From Hydrolagus affinis (taxonomy: Eukaryota): a DNA stretch of 64,000 nucleotides. Positions 38,601-47,453 of this stretch are shown one piece after another (within the stretch, counting starts at the first letter, position 1; the number at the start of each line of letters is the position of its first letter). A model generated the notes under the pieces. The model worked only from the letters and a program-made list of their open reading frames with translations. It was not told where the DNA came from and did no database searches. The stretch is taken from assembly GCA_012026655.1 (NCBI GenBank), contig JAAILG010001105.1, positions 1 through 64,000 on the forward strand, given 5' to 3'. The position numbers and the translations under genes were made by a program.

Positions 38601-41600
38601 TAAATTATCACTATTGTCGGTGCTTGTTGAGTTCCCATCAAGGGATTTTAATGATTCATACGGACAAAGCTGGTGTTCCGTTTTTTCCACTGTGTTGATA
38701 ATTCTTAATGCAGGTTCACATTCGCGAATTTTGTTTTTGTCCAAATGTTCTTTTGCTACTTTCTCCTCAGAGAGTTTGGGAACTGTGTATTTCTGGAGCA
38801 GAGAGCAACTTGGCTCATTGGGTTGTAGATTCAACTCCAAAACATCTACAGATTGTTTTTCTTTTTCAGCTGATTTATCTGCAATTTCATTATCCACAAC
38901 AGCATCCATTACTCCCTCTGCTTTGTCTTCTCTTACCAAGGTGAGTGACACGGAGCTGCAGTCAGCCTTGAGGGTGCTGTCTGTATTTTTGCCAAATTGT
39001 TCCCCTTGCACTGTTGATGAATTTTCATTCATCAGATCCAGTGGCAACAAGCCACACTCTTCCATAATATTAGCCGTGCCAACAAAAGCATCTTTAGATT
39101 CTGAATTTGAGTCTTCTTTTAAAGGTGTCAAAGGCTGATCAGTAACTACAGTTAGTGTTTTGTCATTACCATTTTCTTTGATCGGCTCAACAATGATTTC
39201 AGTTACACACGGAGGGCTCACCATACCTTCTCCACTCAGAGTATCTTCAAGAAGATCTAAGATGTGATAGTCACTTTTGCCTACGTTTTCCTCTTTGACA
39301 GATGTAGCACTTTCCGTGCTGTGAGAGCTGCAGTGGATATCTTCACTTTGCCCAGAGTTGCTGTTATCGTTCGAGGACGGGTTTGTTATAGGGAGCGGCA
39401 CTGGGTAGCAAGGTATCATCATTAGCTCTTCGTTGCTTCGTGCAGTACGAGCAACAAAGAGCTGAAGTTGCTGCAAGGGATTTACAATTGGAACTTGTGC
39501 AATGTGCATCATTCGCTTTTCACCGTCGAGTTCTTCAGTCGAGCTTGCTGCTGCAAACAATGGACTGGTATTATCACTGCTCCTTTCTTTATATTTTGTT
39601 ACTGGGGAACATTTAGAGGAAATATTCTGACTAGTAACTATCGGTGATGGTTCCTCAGATTCTGACAGAATGGAAGATGCTTTGGTTTTGTCACTTGACT
39701 GGTGACTGGTTATATTTTGCTGCATATTGTTCACAAATGTTTCTTGGTTATTTTCTTCATCACAGATAGCTTCATCAGCCTTCAGGCCAGTGGATGGCAC
39801 ACTGCTCTCGAGTATGAACAAATCTGTACTATTGTCTGACTGTTTCTTTGCCACGTCACATTCAAAAGATCCGAACTCTGGGGACAGGGTAAAAGGCTTG
39901 TCTGGTCCTCCACTAAAAGTAGAGGAATTTTCATGATGGTTTATTGGACTTGTTTCTTTTCCTTCAACATCACTTTGTAACATGTTTTTGCCCAGTACAG
40001 TGTCTGACATTATTGCAAGACTTGCAATTAGATTTTCTGTGTATAGCTCATTTTCCAATTTTTCATCTGACTTATCAGAGTAATAAATCCCAGAAGACAA
40101 ACTGCTTAATTTTTGGCTACTGTGCGGATGTTCATTTGCTTTTATCTTTGCATTGTCTTCAGAGCTCGTTTCCTCAGGGGGCAGTGGACTTTCACAATTT
40201 TTGGCTGGTGTATTGAAACCTGGCTCATCAGCCAGTGACACAAGCTGGAAAGAACATCCCCAGATGTATTCATCATCTTCCATCTTCTCAGCTGGACTCT
40301 GATCTGTAGCTTTAGGCGGGATAGAGCCTTCGTCCATGCAAGATTCTTTTCGATGCATATTAGTTCTGTCGCTGACAAAGTGATTTGGAATATACATATC
40401 TATCCTATTGCCGTTGCCCTCATCCAGGTGCAGAGGTGTGAGTGGACTAGTTTGATGTCTCATGTCTGCATTCATGTATTGCTCACTGCCTTCTTGGGCA
40501 ACAATGGCATCGTTATCCATCCTGGGTGTCTGAAGCTGATTCTCCAACTCTGACACCAGTCTTTTGATTTCCAGTTCGTCTTCGGACAAAGGAGCCGGGA
40601 AGGAACCAGCATGCTCGCCAACCTTGACGGGTAAAAGAGGTGAGGTCTCATTTGGAGATGTGGCTGTGATGTGGGTATATTTCTTACTCTCTGCTTGTTC
40701 CATGGTGAGGTCTTCAAAATTCGAAAGCTCATCTGGTAAAATTGTGCTCACATCTTGTAACAAGTTCCAGTCTTTGTGTTCTAAGAATGACGAATACTGC
40801 AAATGATATGCCGTTCTGTTATCTTCTGGCTCGGAACAACAATTAAAAGTGAAGTAGTTTTCTTTATTGACTGGTGTGTCTGTGTAGAGCTGGCTGTTAA
40901 AGCTTGATATTGGAATTTCTCCAAATAACTCTGCAGTATTAAAAGAAACTGGGGACTTGATTTTACCTGGATCTTTTTCGCTTGAATGCACACCAAGGCT
41001 TTGTTTGGCATGATTCTTTTCCAAAGAGTTAACATTACTTTCATTTTGGCAGAAGAAAATACCTTCCAGATGTGAAGAAACCCTGGGAAGTGATTCTGCG
41101 AAGATATCTGGCTGGTGTTGATTTTCCAACTCTCTGTGCCCACAGTAATTTTTACTTATGTTGTTCTCAGTAGAGTCATCATGACCATGAATATTAAACC
41201 CAGATGATTTATCATGAAAACATCCAGCATTTGGCTCATAGAAAACTGTGGTCCCAACCAGACTATCTTTCAGCTTTTTGCTGACGGCTGTTAAATCATC
41301 TGTCACATCTGTAGTCAAATCATTGAGCTGCGTTGAGCTGCACTGGTTTATGTTGGCGCCAGGGTATTCAACGGGGCTGTTGTCACAAGAAGAGAATCCG
41401 ATCTCAGGCCTTCGATCAAATGTTAATTTAGTATTTGAGTCCACTGGTCTTGCTATGGCCACACTTGTTATCAGCACATTCTTTTCAGAGAATATTCTGT
41501 TCTCCAATGCTGTATTTTCTCCATGAACACATTGGATTTGACTTGGGTTAGAGTCAGGCGTACATTTATCTTCTACCTCACTTGTTGGTGGTGTCTGTGG

Positions 41601-44600
41601 CTCATTGAGATAACCCGTATGCATCGAGTTATGATTGGCTCTATGGTGCCTCCTTCCTGATAGTAAAAACTTTGCCGAACCGTATTTTTTAGCACTTTTT
41701 GAATGGTTGACGGAATTCTCTTTCACAATTCCTATGTGAACACCTGAATAGGCATTGGCAATATTTAATGTTGAATGCAAGGCATGATCAGCGACGGGCA
41801 GAACAGTGGAATATTTGCTTCCAGTCATACGTTTTCCTCTCTCGTTATCAGAATCTGTTCTTTCAGTGCTATTGGGGCTGCTGATGTTTTCACTCGAGCT
41901 GCTGGTAGTATTGCCGTGATCGCTGCTGGTGGACGATTGACTACTTCTCCTTCTGAACCTGCTGCCGTAGTGACCCTTGGTTACATCTTGATTCTGTAAT
42001 TCTACATTTTGTTCTGGAGGTTTTCTGATTTTGATGCATTTCCAGGATTCATCTTCCTTAACTCTCCCACGCTTGCTCTTATGGTCCTTTGTGAAGCGGT
42101 ACTTGGACAGCCGACTTAAACACGGGGCTCGACACTTGCTACTAGGGGGCTCCATTTCCTGGTCTGAATCTGAAATATAGTCGTATTCCCCCCACTTACT
42201 GTTCTGCGAAGTCGGCAACAGCCTCTCGGTGACGAGAGAGAATTGCAAATTCTTGTTGGCTTTCACATGTAGCTTGTGCAGTTTGTTCTTCTGCTGTACA
42301 ATCTTATGAATCAGCTCCTTGCTCCAAGTCCCACTACCAGACTTTCGCTTCTTAATATCTTTCATAACAGGTCTACGCAAAGTGGAATTGCCATTGACAG
42401 CAGATGGACTGAGCAGCCCTGGACAAACAGTAGCCTGGACCTCAGAGAAGCCTTTGTGCTTGCCTCTCGCGGAGTTCTTTTTTGTGCTTTGGACTGACTG
42501 AGATAAAACCTTACTTAGTTTGATTTTTACATCACTACTGAGCTTCCTTCCTCCTCTTAACTTCCCAATTTTTGCATTGGGTTCATTGTATTTTAAGATA
42601 TCAAACGAATTCTCATAAGAAACTCCTTTAACATTGAATTTATCTACTTTTTTAGAATTAGTCTCAGGCAAAAAAGCAGCCACTGAGTGTTTTGCCTCGT
42701 GTTTCTTGTTGGAGTGTTTATTTCTTCCCTTTCTGTGTACGTTTTTATTATCGTTTCCCTTGCCATGTAGAATCTTTCTTTGTGTGGCCTGCTTTGCTTC
42801 GGTCTCTGTAAGCTTGGACTTGTTTTCTAAAGGTGTACAGTCTTTGGTTTTATAAGCTGTCCCGTTTCCAGTATTCTTTGTTGTGGAGAGTTCATCATCT
42901 GCAAAAGCTTCTATAAAGCTGCTGTCAATTTCAGCATTGTCAGACTGATAGTCCAGACCGTTGAGAGTCTCATTGATTAAACTGTCGAGCTTTGCATCAT
43001 CAATCTCTAGATCAGAAGCAGTGAGTGACATAGAACTGGATCCTGTTCCACTAAAAATATTAATTTTAAATGGGTCATCTTTTGGATCACCCGCAGTTTC
43101 ACTGTCTAATAACAAATCACAAGGTTTGCTCAAGCAAAGCAATGACTGATGTAGATCAGACCCACTTCTGGATCCGGTGGGCTGAGTGCCTTTTGTTGAT
43201 TCTACTTGAAACCTTCTATTTTCTACCATCCTAGATGTCTCGTGTGGCTCTGTGTGACATCCAGAATGCAGCCCACAATACTGACGGTGATCGAGAAATG
43301 AAGCCACGTTACTGAAATTTTGGTCACACTGTTTGCAGGTAAGAAGAACATCGAGTTGGTCAAGATTTGCACTGCTGAGGGAATTTGCAAATAACTGCTC
43401 TTCTGAGAAAGGTGGCGGCTCACTACCAAAACTGTGTATGTAGCCATTGCTATCCGCAGTCTGCTGTGGGTATGGATGTTCTTGAACATATAACAATTGG
43501 CTTTCTTTAGTTCCCCTCATAGCTTCAGCCGAAGAAAATGTGAATGTCCTGGCGGCATCATGATGATGCTGCTGCAAAAGACCAGCCCCCATGTGATCTG
43601 ATCCATTGAAGCTTTTCCCTTCCTTGGCAAGGCTGTGAATATGGTAGAAATTTGGTGATGTTACCACAATGGGGACTTGGTTATCTTCTGAATTGGGGTT
43701 CAGAGGACTGTTAGAGCTGTGCACAGTCGACACTGGGGAAAGAGAAGAGCAGGTGCTGCTCGATCCCGGATTGGGAGCTGGTGAAGGTGGTGGAGATTGG
43801 TACGGAGAAGCCGACATTAAACCCATCTTTGGCAATGACAATGTGTGGCCACCACCTCTGGAGGGCGCTGCTACAACTGGTTCATTCATGCCGCAAAACG
43901 CATTCTCGCCCCTCGGTTCACACAACGGAGGACTGGTGTTATCTGCCGCGTTCTGAAACGGGAAGGCGGTGACCGTGTTGCAAGTCTGCCTGGTCCCATC
44001 GGTCCTCGAGTTCTGAAATCCTTCGTTTGGTATGTGGTTTTTATTGTGGAAAGGTTTGGGATTACATAGAGGCGTTGACTTCTGCGATTTCTTACACTCT
44101 TGCCATTCCGAAGCACCAAGTGGAAAGGCAAGCTGCTGGCTACTGAGTTGGCGAGATAATTCTATCCTGTTTTGATTCGGCATGGCAGAAGTCAGGTGGA
44201 TTTGCTGCCACGGCAACCTGGAAGCACCATTTCGTTGCACATGCTGTCTGTGGTCAGTATGTGATACATTGCTAACGGACTGACACTGATATGAAAATTG
44301 GTTTCCCACCGATGACGAATAAGGTGCAGAATTTTGGTCCTTCGAAGAAAACATCCTGTTGCCTCCATCCCATAGCTGTGGTACCCTGGAAGGACTTTGG
44401 GTGTTGTTGGAAATGTTTTTATCAAAAGGCACTAAGCCATCAGGGAGACTGCTATTGGAACCACTGTAGATTTTGTCCTGATAGTGCATTTGTGGTAAAG
44501 AGCTGTGTGTTAGGTTCCTTCTCAGGGCTTTTCCCTGAGGTAGAACTCTTTGAGTACCTCGGTTGTCTTTTAACGTCGAGCACCTTTTGTTCACAGATAC

Positions 44601-46010
44601 AAATCCAATGCTATTGCTGTGCAAATTGAACGTGTCTGCCGAATAAGCAGTTTGGTTTTCTCGGAAAGTGCTATGGTTCTGCTCTATAGCACCGGGAGAA
44701 GGAATAGCACCAGGTGAAGATATTGCACCAGACGAAGATACAGCACCATTAGTATCATTTGGATGATCTGCTCTTCCTTTATAACAGGATAAACCTGGCT
44801 GATGTTGAGTACCTTGAGTTGAGGGACGGACAAACTGGGTTTGCTGAGAAGGCTGTGGATAGCTCCTCCCATCTGCTGAACTATTGTATCGGCCGTTGCT
44901 CACAGTTTCTTCCTGTCCATCCCCTGAATGCTGGAAGACAAAATTACCATGTGCTACCTGACTGCCAGCCAGTGCCACGTCTACATAGTCTTGACGGAAG
45001 TGGCATGGATTGCTGTGATCACCGTTGAACGGATCGGGAGCTGCCTCGTGCAGCTGTGTGAGTGGATACTGGAAAGGAATTGCCCTGAAGCCTTGCGCAC
45101 TGGGTTTACTGCTCTCCGCTGTCCCGGTAAAAGTGCTGTGTTTGTGAGAGGGCATTCCGTAGCTGGCATCAGCAAACGCCTTTTCCGGAGAATGCCAATC
45201 CATGGGAAAAGGCGAGATGGCCGAGCTACTGTCATTGCCGTGGAATTCCGGATACTGTAATTGGCCATTGGAGTTGGAGTCATCTCTGGAAACATTAACG
45301 TTCGCCTGCGATGGTGCTTTCAATGTCAGGTGTTGGCATGCGGCCGCTGTGGCGTGTGAGGTATAACTTGTTGAGGTAAAGTTTGTGGAGACCTCCTGAA
45401 AGTGTCTGTTGTAGCTGAGATCCTCCTGCTGGAGCTCGGCCTCTCTTTCAGGTATGCTCGGCACATTAAAGCGATAACTTCCTGTCACGGGTTCTCTGGT
45501 TCCTTCGAGTTTCTTGGTTGGTGTGACCTTCTGTTGCGGGTACGCTATTCCGATAGTGGGGTTGGGTCGTGAGTTGACAATACTGAGTTTGTAAAGGTGA
45601 TGCGGCCCTTTCCCGTACCTTTTGTTTTTGTCTTTCCCTCGGTTTTTCCCAGTAGGTGACTGGGGGCTACTCTTACCACTGGTGGAACTGCCGGATGAAG
45701 TCCATGGTCTGTCACAGGGATACTTTGGTCTGTTCTGAAGAGACTTAAAATCTATCTTTCCAGCCTGTTGTGGCCTAATGACAGCCTCTCGCTGGTTATA
45801 GGTTTCCTTGTTTTTGCTATGAAGATGAGAATCAGTCAATGAACTGTTATCCAACACAGTCTCACTGCTCTCCGGCACGCTGTCGTTATTGTTGCTTAGC
45901 TCTCCAGGGTCTTTCTCACTGAAATGTTCAAAAACGTCCTCTTTTTGTTGCTGTTTGGGATCAGTGTCAGAATCTTTAATCGCATAAACATGATGTGTAT
46001 CTCCCGTCAT
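32616..46010 (-). CDS. ZNF469: Zinc finger protein 469, entire CDS in one exon, 4464 aa
   Basis: 13,395-nt uninterrupted ORF. Recognised ZNF469 blocks include the N-terminal [55 protein letters not shown], the finger cluster (CKVCFQWF...; [41 protein letters not shown]) and the C-terminal [29 protein letters not shown]. The ATG has A at -3. A single coding exon matches known ZNF469 architecture. Confidence 0.96.
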   Translation of the reverse strand: [4464 protein letters not shown]

Positions 46011-46203
46011 GATACCAAACCTTAGTACCTTGGCACTAAATTACACTGGCTTTTTCTTACAGACATGGTCAGTCATTTTTGCTGAGCTATAATGAGATTC
46101 TGTGAGCCAAGTAAGAAGGAATCACTTTCAAGCTCATCACAAAAGAAGATCTATGTCTTTTAGAGAGAGACTGCAGTTCTTCCATCATTACTGCCACATA
46201 AAT
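46011..46203 (-). other. ZNF469: 5' UTR portion of the coding exon with four uORFs
   Basis: Lies between the acceptor and the ATG. uORFs at 46199-46188, 46188-46087, 46076-46041 and 46066-46022. Confidence 0.65.
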
Positions 46204-46226
46204 CTGAAAGAGAAGAAAAGAAAGGA
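46204..46226 (-). other. ZNF469: Splice acceptor of the ZNF469 coding exon
   Basis: The minus strand reads ttcctttcttttcttctctttcAG|ATT: a long polypyrimidine tract plus CAG, 193 nt upstream of the ATG. Confidence 0.75.
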
Positions 46227-47434
46227 ATAATTTTGGTACATAGAAATAGGAAATTAAACATGGTTAGCTTCTGTTAGTCAACCACATCCCATCGTTAAAG
46301 TTCTGATTGTGCACATGGATGTTGATAAGGGGTTCGAGGTTAATCTACACCTATTAATCTTTTATCTGCTTAACAGTAATGTCCAATTTTTCAGTTACAG
46401 ACAATCTCAAATTATGTAATTGTCATTTCCACCAACAGCAAAATAATTTATCTTGATTTTTAAATTACACACATTTCCATTTATTTGCCTGACCTTTAAT
46501 TAACCAGCATGATTAGTCAACTTAATTATCCAATTGTTTACAAAAGAAACAAAACTATGATTACAGTATTTCCATTTCCTATGTTATATTCCTTACGTAA
46601 TTGAATAGAGATGTACAGTATTGTGCAATCTGATGAAGAGCACCCTGCAAACTAATCTAACTAAAAAAAGAAAGTTTTAATGGTGTCCTAGTGAATGTCA
46701 ATTTGATTGTAGTTAATCTTTTAAAGCCAATATTGCTCATCAATGTAATACCGATTTCATTTTTGCTCAAAAGGATTTGGAGATCAGTACAGCACCTGAT
46801 TCCTGGGGGATGTTTAACTGGGGATTCATCTAATTGCACAATCTACTTATTTTTATTGAAATCTTTGCCTGAACCAGAGTGAATTAAGCAGGAAATATTG
46901 CAATAGTGAAACATGCTGATAAAAAAGATAGCAAACACATTTTAATAGGAATGTAGAAAATCTTTTTGCTTAGCCTAAAAGGGCTGACTGTCTTTCATGG
47001 GGAAGGTGTTTGAAAAACTTTTTTTCCATTTGACGTAAGGAGCATTTTGTCAAATTGTGAATATACCATTGTGATAAAATTGATACGTTTCCCACTCACT
47101 TCTGTCCTGGGTGCACAAGGATCTTTACTACATGTGTTTTTTTTCATTTAGACAAGAGCACAAAGCCCCTTTAAGCAAATTAAGTGCTTCAGGGCATTCA
47201 CATTAGCCAAGCAAAGGTTCAAGGTAAACTGTAGAGTCTAAGAACGATGATTTCCCCCCAAGATGGATGAACCCGACTGAGAGATAAGAGTGAGATTTAT
47301 GAAGCACACAATCATTTTGAGGGAGTCACTGAATACTGGTATCTTGGACAAACTATGCCACTTTGCAGAAATGGACACAACATAAAACAATACAGAATGG
47401 AGAGGTTGGGGGTTGGTGGGGATTGAAGTATACA

Positions 47435-47453
47435 TGGTGCCATCTGCAGGACA
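47435..47453 (-). promoter_or_regulatory. CTCF-like site
   Basis: Reverse complement TGTCCTGCAGATGGCACCA, one mismatch to the core consensus CCASYAGRKGGCRSY. Confidence 0.45.

Noticed and set aside
39030-39045. PLDLM as a CtBP-binding PxDLS motif
   Set aside because: Imperfect match in a low-complexity region; unsupported without conservation data.
33142-45295. Many antisense or alternative-frame ORFs up to 244 aa inside ZNF469
   Set aside because: Expected shadow ORFs of a long CDS, with no recognisable domains.
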